Notes: generated by a model from the sequence alone, not told the origin. Shown: positions 26,104 through 35,892, counted from the stretch's first letter. The stretch is DNA of 56,955 nucleotides from Pseudomonadota bacterium (GCA_021325135.1 JAJPHT010000031.1:1-56955); one strand, 5' to 3'. Numbers and translations: made by a program.

Positions 26104-26574
26104 TTACTTCTGGCGGCGGGCCACGAGGAGGGCCGCGCCGATCATGGCCAGGGCCACGCCAAGGACCTGCGTGCCGGGGGACTTCTTCTCGGCCGAGGTG
26201 CCCGCGATGTGGATCGTGCCCTTCATGTCGGGGTGGATGCTGCACGCGTAGGTCGTGTCCGAGGAGCCCGAGGTCCAGGTGACGGTCTTCGCGCCGTCGC
26301 TGCTGGCGAAGGGCGTGCCCTCGAGGACCTTGCCGCCCGCGTCGAACGTGTGGGGCGTGTCGTCGCTGCTGGACACCGTGAAGGTGATCTGCGTGTTCGC
26401 GGGGACCGTGAGGGTGGGGTTGGGGCTGCCCGCGCCGTTGAGGAACCACGCGAAGCCGCCAGCGTTGGGCTTGCCGACGAGGGTGAAGCTCGTCTGGCCC
26501 GTCTCCTGGGCGGTGGCGGGGATGACCGCGAGCACGAGGCCGCAGACGATGAGGGCGAGACCGGGGGTCTTCAT
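26104..26574 (-). CDS. Single-domain cupredoxin with PGF-CTERM-like anchor
   Basis: PHTF ... YACSIHPDMKG; C-terminal SPG + TM + RRQK. Confidence 0.85.
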   Translation of the reverse strand: MKTPGLALIVCGLVLAVIPATAQETGQTSFTLVGKPNAGGFAWFLNGAGSPNPTLTVPANTQITFTVSSSDDTPHTFDAGGKVLEGTPFASSDGAKTVTWTSGSSDTTYACSIHPDMKGTIHIAGTSAEKKSPGTQVLGVALAMIGAALLVARRQK

Positions 26575-26636
26575 GCGCGGCGGCGACGCAGGAGGGTGAA
26601 CAAATAGGTTCCGTCACGACTGTGCGGACCGGCGGC

Positions 26637-28067
26637 TCACTCCTCTTCGCGCTTGGCCCTCTCTTCGAGCCCGAGCACGTTGAGCACCTGCTTGCGCACG
26701 GCGTCGCGCGCGAGGCGCAGCAGCGCCTCCTTCTCGTCCACGTCGCCGAAGATGCCCAGGCGGATCTGGCCGCCGGCCATCTTGGCGTGGCCGCCGGCGT
26801 TCTGCTTGCCGAAGGCCTTCTCCAGCGCCTCGCCGAGGTTCACGCGCACGTCGTTGGTGCGCGCGCTGAGGTGGATCACGTCCTCCACGATGCCGAAGGC
26901 GACGACGGTGTTCACGCCTTCGAGCTTCAGGAGGAAGTCCGCCGCCTGGGGCAGCGTGTCGCGGTCGCGGATGAAGTCGACGCTGGTGAGGATGAAGGAG
27001 CCGTACTGCTCGCGGTTGCGGATGGCCTTCCCCAGCGTGTCCACCGTCTCCGCGCTCATGGGGGGCGTCTCGATCTTCTCCAGCAGCTCGGGGTCCGCGT
27101 GGGAGGAGAGGAAGGTGGCGGCCTCCATGTCCGCGGGCGTCACGTCGCGGCTGAAGCTCTTGGTGTCCGTGCGGATGCCGTAGAGGAGCGCCACCGCGAG
27201 CTTCGCGTCCACGGGGACGTCCAGCTGCTTGAGGTACTGCGTGAGGATGGTGGAGGTGGCGCCGATCTCCTGGCGCACGTCGTGGAAGCGCGCCTTGATG
27301 TCCTCCTCCTCCACGATGTGGTGGTCGAACACCACGTCGGGCGTCACGTCCAGGGGCAGCACGTTGTTCTTGCCGGGGAGCGAGGCCTCCACGAGCGCCA
27401 CGCAGTCGTGCTGCGCCACGACGTCGTGCACGTCGTCCCTCGGGCCCACCTGCACGAGCTGGATGTCCAGGAGGTTCACGAAGGCGCGGTTCTCCTGGTG
27501 CCCGATGGCGCCGCCGTAGTACAGCGTGGCCTTGGCGCCCAGGTGCTCGCAGATGGCCTTCAGCGCGAGGCCGCTGCCCAGCGCGTCGGGGTCGGGGTTG
27601 CTCTGGAGGAAGATGGCGACGGACTTGGCCGCGCGCAGGATGGAGATGAGCGCGCCCGCCGTGCGGCGCACCTCGAACTCGGTCAATTCGCGCAGCACGC
27701 TGCGGGCGATGACGTCGCTGGGCGTGATGACGCGGTCCGCGCCCGCCTTCTCGAACGCCTCCGCGGAGACGGGGTCGATGGCGCGCACGACGACGAAGGC
27801 CTGCGCGTACTCCTTGCGCAGGTGCTTGAGCCCCGCGAGGTTCGCCTCCATGTTGGAGGAGAGGATGAGGAATGCGCTGGCGCGCTCGAACTCGGGACGG
27901 AAGGGCTCCAGGTTCTCCATGTCGCCGGTGACCGCGGTGTAGCCCGCGTCGCGGAGATCCTCGACGCGCTTCTTGGAGCGGTCGATGATGAGCAGGTCCT
28001 CGTCGCGGGACTTGAGCAGCCGGGCCGCGTTGAAGCCGACGGAGCCGCAGCCGAGGATGACGTACAT
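26637..28067 (-). CDS. TrkA-N (RCK) domain + DHH/DHHA1 phosphoesterase
   Basis: ILGCGSVG; NPDPDA, DHH, GIRTDT, SAR, AGGH..MAGG. Confidence 0.92.
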   Translation of the reverse strand: MYVILGCGSVGFNAARLLKSRDEDLLIIDRSKKRVEDLRDAGYTAVTGDMENLEPFRPEFERASAFLILSSNMEANLAGLKHLRKEYAQAFVVVRAIDPVSAEAFEKAGADRVITPSDVIARSVLRELTEFEVRRTAGALISILRAAKSVAIFLQSNPDPDALGSGLALKAICEHLGAKATLYYGGAIGHQENRAFVNLLDIQLVQVGPRDDVHDVVAQHDCVALVEASLPGKNNVLPLDVTPDVVFDHHIVEEEDIKARFHDVRQEIGATSTILTQYLKQLDVPVDAKLAVALLYGIRTDTKSFSRDVTPADMEAATFLSSHADPELLEKIETPPMSAETVDTLGKAIRNREQYGSFILTSVDFIRDRDTLPQAADFLLKLEGVNTVVAFGIVEDVIHLSARTNDVRVNLGEALEKAFGKQNAGGHAKMAGGQIRLGIFGDVDEKEALLRLARDAVRKQVLNVLGLEERAKREEE

Positions 28068-28121
28068 GCCGGGATGGCCTCGTCGAGAGTTTCCCCACGG
28101 GCGGTCCGCCGGATAAGCCTT

Positions 28122-28526
28122 TCATGTCTCGGGCGACGGGGAGACAAGGACCTCGCGCCCGCGCCGCTCGCATCGCACCAGCCCGACGCGCTCCAGGCGC
28201 GCAAGCTGCCAGACGAGCGTCGCGCGGGGCACGCCCAGGGCGCGGGCGAGGCCGCTCTTGCTGGCGCCGGGGGAGGCGCGCACGGCGTCGAGGAGGGCGC
28301 TCCCCTGCCGGGCGGCCACGAGGAGGGCGCGCTGCGGCGGGGCTCCGGCGCCCGCGGGGAACCAGCGCGCGCCCTCGAGAAGGGCGACGCGCTCCTTGGC
28401 GAGGCGGCGCAGGTGGTACGTCGCCGTGGTGCGGTCGACGCCGGCGAGGCGCGCCGCCTCCGCCGTGGTGAGGCCGGGCGTCTCGCGAAGGATGTCGTGG
28501 AGCCGCTGGCGCGTGTCCCCTCTCAT
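28122..28526 (-). CDS. Tandem winged-helix transcriptional regulator
   Basis: Two HTH units: PGLT..E.AR..G....TA.YHL..L and PGAS...LAR.LG....TL.W.L..L. Confidence 0.75.
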   Translation of the reverse strand: MRGDTRQRLHDILRETPGLTTAEAARLAGVDRTTATYHLRRLAKERVALLEGARWFPAGAGAPPQRALLVAARQGSALLDAVRASPGASKSGLARALGVPRATLVWQLARLERVGLVRCERRGREVLVSPSPET

Positions 28527-28591
28527 GGGCGCGAGGTCGCCGCGCGAGGTGATATCGCGTCGCGAACGCCGCTTGACCACGCCAAGGAGCC

Positions 28592-30004
28592 TTACACCAC
28601 GCTTGGCGGCGCGGGGAGGGGCAGGCCGGCGGCGGGCGCCGCGACGGGGAGCGTCCCGTCGTCGGTGAGCACCACCCAGTCGAACATGGGGACCATCTGC
28701 GTCTCGAAGCTGCGCGCGAGGTATCCTTCGCCCTCGGCCATCTCGGCGGGCGAGAGGTCCTGCCCGATGGCCTGCACGCCGCCCAGGGAGTAGCGCGTCA
28801 TGTTGTCCAGCGTGTCCCGCGGGCTGTGGATGATGGCGAAGACGTCGGGCACCCGGCTCGTGAAGAGGAAGTAGCTGGGGATGCCGTGCGCGGCGAAGGG
28901 CGTGTGGTCGCTCTGCGCGTTCACGCCCGCGCCGCCCAGCTTCGCGGTGCCGGTGGCCTGGTCCTTGGCCCAGTCCTCCATGACGAGCTTCGCGCCGCTG
29001 CGCACGTAGGTCTTCTCCAGGTCCGCCGCGTAGCCGTGCAGCGCGTCCGCGATGGGGCCGTCGGGGCCGGCGGTGACGACGATGGGCGCGGGGTCGATCT
29101 TGGGCGCGGGCCACGCGAGGGCCACCACGTCGAAGTTCACGTAGCCGTCGATGTACGGGACGAGCTGCGGGTGCGCGGCGAGCCACGCGCTGCTGCCCAC
29201 GATGCCGTCCTCCTCGCCGCCCCACTCGGCGAAGACGAGGGTGTGCTCGGTGGTGAGGTTCGCGAAGGCGCGGGCCATGGCGAGGGTCGCGACGGCGCCC
29301 GCGGTGTTGTCGAACGCGCCCTCGGTCGTGCCCTCCACCACGTCGAAGTGGCCCCCGAAGACGAGATATCGATCCGCCTGCGTCGTGCCCTTCTTGTAGC
29401 CCAGCACGCTCTCCGCGCTGCCCGGCCCGGGCTGGTCGCCCGCGGGGACCTTCTGGTCGTCGGCGGGGTACGCGTTGATCTCGACGGTGTAGTTGAGCGA
29501 CTTGAAGAAGTCCGCGAAGTAGGCCTCCGCCTTGGCGTAGTTGGGCATGCCGGGCGTGCGGTGGGGGAACCGCTCGCGCTGCACCTTGAGGAGGTCCACG
29601 GCCAGGTCGCCCGACACGAGGCGGCGCCCTTCGTCGTAGGTGAGGTTGAGGTCCGCCTTCTGGCCATCCGCCTCGACGGACAGGGGCGGCAGCCCCGTCG
29701 CGTTCCACGGCGGCAGGAACGTCAGCGTGCGGCCCGGCGTCAGCTTCACCGCGTCCTTGGCGGGGCGAAGCTCCCCCTTGTCGTCCTGCACGAGGAAGCC
29801 GGGCGGGAACGTCACGGTGGCCTCGCCCCCTTGGGCGAGCTGGAGGCGCGAGAGGCCCGCGGCGTGCGCCTCGGCGTGGACGCGCGCCTGGCCCACCTCC
29901 ACGTCCTGGCCCACCGAGGGGCCCGTGCCGGCGGGGGTCGAGGGGTCCGTCGCGACGCAGCCGGCGAGGAGCGCCAGGACCGCGAGCAGGGCGAGGGCGC
30001 GCAT
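28592..30004 (-). CDS. M28-family peptidase lipoprotein
   Basis: LLAGC lipobox; GHFD, GAFDN..G, GEE.G..GS, NFD, SDH.PF, HS..DT. Confidence 0.9.
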   Translation of the reverse strand: MRALALLAVLALLAGCVATDPSTPAGTGPSVGQDVEVGQARVHAEAHAAGLSRLQLAQGGEATVTFPPGFLVQDDKGELRPAKDAVKLTPGRTLTFLPPWNATGLPPLSVEADGQKADLNLTYDEGRRLVSGDLAVDLLKVQRERFPHRTPGMPNYAKAEAYFADFFKSLNYTVEINAYPADDQKVPAGDQPGPGSAESVLGYKKGTTQADRYLVFGGHFDVVEGTTEGAFDNTAGAVATLAMARAFANLTTEHTLVFAEWGGEEDGIVGSSAWLAAHPQLVPYIDGYVNFDVVALAWPAPKIDPAPIVVTAGPDGPIADALHGYAADLEKTYVRSGAKLVMEDWAKDQATGTAKLGGAGVNAQSDHTPFAAHGIPSYFLFTSRVPDVFAIIHSPRDTLDNMTRYSLGGVQAIGQDLSPAEMAEGEGYLARSFETQMVPMFDWVVLTDDGTLPVAAPAAGLPLPAPPSVV

Positions 30005-30068
30005 GGACCGGCGCACGCCTGGGCGGCCTATATGGCGTTTCTTGCAGCCCTCGGGGAGGAGGTTTGCA

Positions 30069-30084
30069 GGAAACCCTTTAAGAG
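30069..30084 (+). promoter_or_regulatory. BRE/TATA promoter
   Basis: GGAAACCCTTTAAGAG; identical 16-mer at 46687-46702, each 30-45 nt before a start codon. Confidence 0.6.
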
Positions 30085-30115
30085 GCGCGCCCGCTCGCGA
30101 AGGGCGGGACCGCTC

Positions 30116-32191
30116 GTGCGCCGTGGGATGCTCCTTGCTCTGGCCCTTCTCCTGGTCGCGCCCTCCCTCGCGCTGACCCCGGCCGCGGACGCGTGCGCCG
30201 CCGTGGGCCTCCAGGCGGGCGTCCCGTGCGGGCGCATCTACCCCGTCATCACCATCAACAGCGCCTCCTCCGGCTACGCGAACCTCACGCCCAACCTCAC
30301 CGTCACCCTCGACGCCACCCTGGACTTCAGCTTCAAGATGCTCGGCGAGGGGTACGCGCCGGTCCCGCCCACGGACCCCATCACCATCACGTTCGAGTTC
30401 CCGCGCAAGCCCGCGTGGGTCGACATGAGCGTGGAGCCCGACAGCATCCCCGTGGACGTCAACGACCCCACGCACATGCAGCCCGACCCCGCGAATCCCG
30501 CGGGCCCGGAGATCACCTACGACTACCAGGTGCCCATCAAGGTGCACGTCACGCTGGTGGGGCAGGCGGTGCTGCGCGACGGGTTCGACTACGCGAAGCT
30601 CCTCCTCTTCGCCAAGAGCAGCGAGAACGGCCTCTACCAGTCGGGCTACGGCATCAAGGAGTTCCGCGCGATCCCCGCGGGCGCCATCCACGAGTCGGAC
30701 GTCGCGCAGGACCGCTACGCCACCGTGCCCCTCCCCGCGTTCACCCTCAAGCCCGCGACGGCGGAGGCGGCCGGCGAGCGCGTCACGCTGACGCCCCCGT
30801 CCTCCGGCCCGTTCTGGCAGCCGCAGAAGTTCGCCGCCAGGATCGACCCGGCCCCCGCGGGCAAGGTCGTCGCCGCGCTCCACGACGAGTGGGGCGACCT
30901 CGTCTACGCCACGCAGCCCCTGGATGCCTCGTCGGGCCAGGTCGCGTTCACGGCGACGCTGGCGAAGCCCGGCCTGCACACGGCCACGTTCACCATCCTT
31001 CCCGATCCCGGCAGCGCCGCGCCCCCGGTCACGATCCCCGTCTCCTTCGTCGCGGGCGACGTCTCGCCCGAGGGCTACGCCTACCCCAAGGACTACGCCG
31101 TGGTGGACTCCGCCGTGGTGGGGGCGCCCAACGGCAACACGGGCGACGCGCTGGCGCAGGTGGAGCGCGACGTGCCCCTCTTCGCCTTCGACAACGCGCA
31201 GAGCGTCACCGCCACCATCACGCTGGAGACGCCGGGCCAGGCGCTGGACAAGGGCGCCGCGAGCCTCAACATGCTCCTCCTCGACCCCGAGGGGAAGGTG
31301 CTCCAGACCGCGGCCGCGGACCCCGTCACCTACCCGCAGCGCACGCTGCGCATCGGCAGCGTCCCCGAGGAGGGCTGGTACACCCTTCGCGTGAAGGGCG
31401 TGGGCCTCCCTGAGCAGTCCGCGTGGGACGTGAAGGCCGAGGTGGCCTACTCCTCCCTGACCCCCGCGCGCAACCGGGCCCACGGCGTCGCCGAGCCGAC
31501 GCCCGCCATGCTGGGCGAGGCGGGCCACAACGTGACGCTCCCCGTGGCCGGCCTCAAGGTGTGGGCCGCGGGCGATCTCACGCCCCGGCTGGACAACCTC
31601 AGCGCGCAGTACGCGATCACCGTCTACGGCCCCAACGGCACGCTGGCCTATGCCTCCGGCCTGCGCGGCGGCAAGGCGAGCCTCTCGCCCCCGGCACCCG
31701 GCGAGTACCGCGCCTTCGTCTACGCGCAACCCTCCGCCCCTGGCGCGCCCTTCTCGCCCTTCGTGCGCGCGTTCACCTTCGACGTGGGCGCGGGCAACAC
31801 CACCGTCGCGAAGACCTTCGCCCTGGCCGACACCGTCGAGGTCCCGCAGTCGCCCATGGGCGGCGTCGTCGCCATCTATGGCTTCCCCGCCGGAGCGCCC
31901 GAGCCCAAGGTCAGCCTCACGGCCGCGCCGCCGGGCGCCACGCTGGCCTCCACCGTCAAGGACGCCAACGGGACGAAGCTCCTCGTCGTCTCCGCGCAGA
32001 ACCCGGGCCCCGCCGGCACGGCCGACGTGAAGGCCAGCGCCGAGTTCGCCTCGCCCCAGACGCTGGTGGGCCCCCTCGCGGCCACGGCAGGCGACGCCGG
32101 GAAGGGCATCCCCCTCGCGGGCTCCGCGCTCGCCGTGCTGGCCCTCGCCGGCGCCGCCGCGGTGGCCGTCGCGCTGGTGCGCCGCCGCTGA
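30116..32191 (+). CDS. Large secreted multi-domain surface protein with C-terminal TM + RRR sorting signal
   Basis: Signal peptide; beta-rich domains incl. PPC-like GWYTLRVKG; C-terminal GIP + TM + RRR. Confidence 0.8.
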   Translation: MRRGMLLALALLLVAPSLALTPAADACAAVGLQAGVPCGRIYPVITINSASSGYANLTPNLTVTLDATLDFSFKMLGEGYAPVPPTDPITITFEFPRKPAWVDMSVEPDSIPVDVNDPTHMQPDPANPAGPEITYDYQVPIKVHVTLVGQAVLRDGFDYAKLLLFAKSSENGLYQSGYGIKEFRAIPAGAIHESDVAQDRYATVPLPAFTLKPATAEAAGERVTLTPPSSGPFWQPQKFAARIDPAPAGKVVAALHDEWGDLVYATQPLDASSGQVAFTATLAKPGLHTATFTILPDPGSAAPPVTIPVSFVAGDVSPEGYAYPKDYAVVDSAVVGAPNGNTGDALAQVERDVPLFAFDNAQSVTATITLETPGQALDKGAASLNMLLLDPEGKVLQTAAADPVTYPQRTLRIGSVPEEGWYTLRVKGVGLPEQSAWDVKAEVAYSSLTPARNRAHGVAEPTPAMLGEAGHNVTLPVAGLKVWAAGDLTPRLDNLSAQYAITVYGPNGTLAYASGLRGGKASLSPPAPGEYRAFVYAQPSAPGAPFSPFVRAFTFDVGAGNTTVAKTFALADTVEVPQSPMGGVVAIYGFPAGAPEPKVSLTAAPPGATLASTVKDANGTKLLVVSAQNPGPAGTADVKASAEFASPQTLVGPLAATAGDAGKGIPLAGSALAVLALAGAAAVAVALVRRR

Positions 32192-32204
32192 GGGCGGCTC
32201 ATCA

Positions 32205-32236
32205 CCGGAGATTCGGCGATCCGGAGATTCGGGGGT
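32205..32236 (+). repeat. 8-nt periodic tandem repeat
   Basis: CCGGAGAT TCGGCGAT CCGGAGAT TCGGGGGT immediately after a stop codon. Confidence 0.6.
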
Positions 32237-32328
32237 CTCCCGCCGGAGGCGGCGGAGGCCGGCAGCCCGTTTCCACTTCGGATGGTTGAAATAGCCCGCA
32301 CGGGTGATTTCGAGCCCGACGTGATGGG

Positions 32329-33045
32329 ATGCCGATCGACCTCCTCTCCCTCTTCATCGGGTTCGTGACGGGCGCCGTCGTGGTCGCCATCGCCTGGAAC
32401 CTCAGCAGCCGCACCTCTGCCCCGACCGAGACGACGCGCCTCTCGGGCGTCTGGAGCCTGGACGACGTGGCCTCCGCCGGCACGCGCCTCGCCGTCATCG
32501 CGACCCGCGTCGACGGCCTCCACCTCCCCGCCAACAGCAAGGTGCTCGTGCCCCGCGCCGACACCGTGCCCGCCGAGGTCCTCGCCACCTGCGAGGTGCG
32601 CATGCACCCCGAGGTGCGCGTGAACGCGGCCATCGGCAAGGACCGCGCGCTGGTCTTCAGCGGCACCGTCCACCCCAAGTCCACCGCCGTGACGACGCTG
32701 GAGGCCAACGCCGTGCAGCGCCTCCAGGGCGACTTCCAGCGCCTCTGGGCCGAGAGCCAGCCCTACGTCGAGAGCGTGCCCAGCGTCTCCGCCCTCTCGG
32801 GCAAGGCGGGCCGCATGGTCGACGTGTCGGGGCGCGCGGCCGACGTGCTGGAGTTCCGCGGCCGCCGCATGCTGCGCCTCTCCGACGGCAAGGCCGCGGT
32901 GGGCGTCGTCACGAGCCAGGGCGACGTCGCGCAGTGGAGCGGCGCCAACATCCGCGTCACGGGCCGCATGGTCCGCGAAGGCGGCTACGCCTACATCGAC
33001 GCGACCAGCGTGACGCCCGTGGGCGAATTGGCTGTGCCCGCGTAG
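32329..33045 (+). CDS. Membrane-anchored hypothetical protein with C-terminal OB-fold-like domain
   Basis: N-terminal TM; FQRLW helix; V.VSG..LRLSDG..IRVTG..IDA OB-like pattern. Confidence 0.7.
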   Translation: MPIDLLSLFIGFVTGAVVVAIAWNLSSRTSAPTETTRLSGVWSLDDVASAGTRLAVIATRVDGLHLPANSKVLVPRADTVPAEVLATCEVRMHPEVRVNAAIGKDRALVFSGTVHPKSTAVTTLEANAVQRLQGDFQRLWAESQPYVESVPSVSALSGKAGRMVDVSGRAADVLEFRGRRMLRLSDGKAAVGVVTSQGDVAQWSGANIRVTGRMVREGGYAYIDATSVTPVGELAVPA

Positions 33046-33082
33046 CGCGCCCCTCATACGTCGGGAGCCTGGTGCAGGGCGC

Positions 33083-34393
33083 GTGCCCTCGCTCCTCGTG
33101 AAGGACGCCATCATCCTCACGCAGGACGCGCAGCGCCGCGCCTTCCGCGGCGACCTGCTCGCGCGCGACGGCCGCATCGAGGCGCTGGGCGGCGACCTGG
33201 GCCGCGACGCGGACGAGGTGGTCGACGCCGCGGGCGACGTCCTGCTGCCGGGCCTCGTGAACGCGCACACGCACGCGGCCATGACGCTCTTCCGCGGGCT
33301 GGGCGACGACCTGCCGCTGGAGGAGTGGCTGCGCTCGCGCATCTGGCCCGCGGAGCGGCACCTCACGCGCGACGAGGTGGAGGCCGGCACGGACCTCGCG
33401 CTCCTGGAGATGGTGCGCACCGGCACGACCGCGTTCAACGACATGTACTTCTTCGCCGACGCCACGGCGCAGGCGGCGGCGCGGGCCGGCCTCCGCGCGC
33501 GCGTGGGCGCGACGCTCATCGACTTCGACACGCCCGAGCTGAAGGTGGACCAGCAGGAGCCCTTCGCGCGCTCGTTCCACAAGCGCTGGGCCGGGCACCC
33601 CCTCGTGCGCCCGACGCTCTCGCCCCACGCGACGTACTCGTGCAGCCACGCGACGCTGGAGCGGGTGCGGGAGCTGCGCGAGGAGCTGGGGACGTTCGTC
33701 CATACGCACTGCAGCGAGACGCGCTTCGAGGTGCAGGACGTGGCCGCGAAGATGGGCGCGCGCCCGGTGGAGGTGCTCCGCCGGCACGACCTCCTGCGCG
33801 GCAGCGTGCTGGCCCACTGCGGCTGGGTCACCAAGGAGGAGATTCGCCACATGGCGGAGGCGGGCGCGCACGCGGCGCACTGCCCCGTCTCCAACCTCAA
33901 GCTCGCGACGGGCGGCGTCATGCCCATGGAGGAGATGCGCGCCGCGGGCGTCAACGTCGCCCTGGGCACCGACGGCGCGGCGAGCAACAACAGCCTCGAC
34001 CTCCTGGAGACGACGAAGTTCGCGGCGCTGCTGCAGAAGAACCACCGCTGGGACGCGCGCGCCGCGCCCGCGCAGGCCGTCGTGGACCAGGCCACGCTGG
34101 GCGGAGCGCGCGCTCTGCGCCTCCCCGCCGACGGGCTCGTCGCGGGCGCGCCTGCGGACCTCGTCCTCGTCTCCACCAAGGCGCCGCACCTGCGCCCGCT
34201 GCACGACCCCGTCAGCGCGCTGGTCTACGGCGCGCACGGCAGCGACGTGCGCATGACCGTCGTCGCGGGGCAAGTCCTGTGGCTCGACGGCGCGTTCCGC
34301 ACGCTGGACGAGCGCAGCATCGTCGCGCGCGCCGACCGCGCCGCCGAGGCGTTGGGCCGCGTCGTGGCGGACGAGGCCGCGGCGCGCTCGTGA
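33083..34393 (+). CDS. Amidohydrolase, 5'-methylthioadenosine/5'-deoxyadenosine deaminase-like
   Basis: PGLVNAHTH, DMYF, PHATY, HCSET, HCPVSNLKLA, LGTDGAASNN. Confidence 0.92.
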   Translation: MPSLLVKDAIILTQDAQRRAFRGDLLARDGRIEALGGDLGRDADEVVDAAGDVLLPGLVNAHTHAAMTLFRGLGDDLPLEEWLRSRIWPAERHLTRDEVEAGTDLALLEMVRTGTTAFNDMYFFADATAQAAARAGLRARVGATLIDFDTPELKVDQQEPFARSFHKRWAGHPLVRPTLSPHATYSCSHATLERVRELREELGTFVHTHCSETRFEVQDVAAKMGARPVEVLRRHDLLRGSVLAHCGWVTKEEIRHMAEAGAHAAHCPVSNLKLATGGVMPMEEMRAAGVNVALGTDGAASNNSLDLLETTKFAALLQKNHRWDARAAPAQAVVDQATLGGARALRLPADGLVAGAPADLVLVSTKAPHLRPLHDPVSALVYGAHGSDVRMTVVAGQVLWLDGAFRTLDERSIVARADRAAEALGRVVADEAAARS

Positions 34394-34406
34394 TGATGGT
34401 CGTCTC

Positions 34407-34497
34407 TGTCACGTCTTGACGCGACGACGCCACGACGCAACGATTCTCCCAAACGTCGCGTCGTGGCGCCGTGGCGTCGTCGCGTCAAGACGTGACA
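34407..34497. repeat. Long intergenic palindrome with 28-bp perfect arms and 8-nt internal periodicity
   Basis: TGTCACGTCTTGACGCGACGACGCCACG (34407-34434) and its exact reverse complement (34470-34497). Confidence 0.9.
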
Positions 34498-34512
34498 AGA
34501 GAAGCAGGACGG

Positions 34513-35103
34513 TCAGCGTCGTCCGCGCCCGCCGCGGTGGCCGCGGTGGCGTCCGCCGCCCCCGCCGCCGCGGTGCTGCTCGGCGCGGGCCCGGTCGCGG
34601 GGGTTGCGTCCCGCCTCCTTGCCGCGGGGCGCGTCCTGCTGCGGCGCGGGAGCGCTCTCGGGCTCCAGCTCGCGCTTGGCCTCGCGCAGGTCGTTCCACT
34701 TCTGGTGGTAGACGTTCTTCACGAACCAGGCGGAGGCGCTTCCGAAGTAGACCTTGAAGAGGGGGCGCCCCTCGGCGTCAAGCTCGGTGACGTCGTAGGC
34801 GACGCCGAACGCGGGGCGGCCGTCGTTCCCCATGACCTGCCCCATGCTGTTGCCGGGGAGCCCCTTGTAGACGACGGCGCCGTCGTCCTCCTTGCGCGAC
34901 TCGTAGTCGCCGTGGACGACGGGCACCGCGGCGGGAAGCGCGGTGGGCTGCGGCGTGTTGAGGTCCAGCGAGAAGCCGCCGCCTTCGGCCGGGCGGCAGC
35001 GCAGCTCGAAGGGCTCGCCGGCCCGGTTCTTCCAGTCCACGAGCCGCATGAGCGGCAGGCCCGTCTTCCGGGCGATGTGGTCCATCTCGCTGGGATCCAG
35101 CAC
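34513..35103 (-). CDS. Hypothetical protein with Arg/Gly-rich C-terminal tail
   Basis: Host codon usage; ends HRGGGGGGRHRGHRGGRGRR. Confidence 0.65.
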   Translation of the reverse strand: MLDPSEMDHIARKTGLPLMRLVDWKNRAGEPFELRCRPAEGGGFSLDLNTPQPTALPAAVPVVHGDYESRKEDDGAVVYKGLPGNSMGQVMGNDGRPAFGVAYDVTELDAEGRPLFKVYFGSASAWFVKNVYHQKWNDLREAKRELEPESAPAPQQDAPRGKEAGRNPRDRARAEQHRGGGGGGRHRGHRGGRGRR

Positions 35104-35124
35104 GGGCGCGCCAAGCCTCCGACG

Positions 35125-35847
35125 CTATAAAACAAGTTCGGCCGGGGAGGGCTTGGGGGCGAGGCGCGCCTCGACGACGCGCCACACGCCCCCGTCGCGG
35201 CGCCAGTCGGCGCGCGCCTGCGCGACCTCGATGCGCTTCTGATAGCACGGCGCGTCCAGCACCAGCGTCTCGTACTCGCCCCCCTCGCCCGCGAGGTGGA
35301 GGCCGTGCCGCTCCCGCAGGCGCAGCAGGTCCTTCGTGGCGGCGGGGTCCAGCCGGCGGCCCAGCCACGCCTCGCCCAGCCCTTCGGCCGCGACGGCGGC
35401 GAAGCGCACGTCCCAGCCGGGGCCCGAGACGGTCTCCAGGACGGCCTCGGGGCGCTTGTGCCAGAGGGGCGTGAAGCTCCGGAGGCCCAGGCGGTGGCCC
35501 ACGCCCTCCAGGCGCGTGCGCTGGTACTCGCTGGCCAGGGCGCCGCTCACGAAGCCGCCGATGGGGAGCGCCGCGAGGGCGGCCTCCAGGTCCGCGACCT
35601 CCGCTTCCTTCTCGCCGCGCGTCTCCACGGCCACCAGGGGGAGGCCCAGCGCGGCGGCGACGAAGGGCGCCAGGTCGGTGTTGGGGACGTGGAACATCCA
35701 CGAGTCGGGGGCGCGGGGCCGCACGGTGACGACGTGCGTCACGTCCCAGCCGGAGCACTGGGCCGTGTGCAGGGCGAGGATGCTGTCCTTGCCTCCCGAG
35801 ACGAGCGCGGCGACCTTCGTGGCCCGCGCACCGCGCGACCGGAACAT
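35125..35847 (-). CDS. dph6: Diphthine--ammonia ligase (Dph6)
   Basis: SGGKDS, SWMFH.PN, GEKE.E, SEYQ..R, PLW, GEGGEYETLV.D.P. Confidence 0.92.
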   Translation of the reverse strand: MFRSRGARATKVAALVSGGKDSILALHTAQCSGWDVTHVVTVRPRAPDSWMFHVPNTDLAPFVAAALGLPLVAVETRGEKEAEVADLEAALAALPIGGFVSGALASEYQRTRLEGVGHRLGLRSFTPLWHKRPEAVLETVSGPGWDVRFAAVAAEGLGEAWLGRRLDPAATKDLLRLRERHGLHLAGEGGEYETLVLDAPCYQKRIEVAQARADWRRDGGVWRVVEARLAPKPSPAELVL

Positions 35848-35892
35848 AAGGGAGCGCGAAGCTTTTTCAAGGCCCAACCCTCCTGCGGCGCC

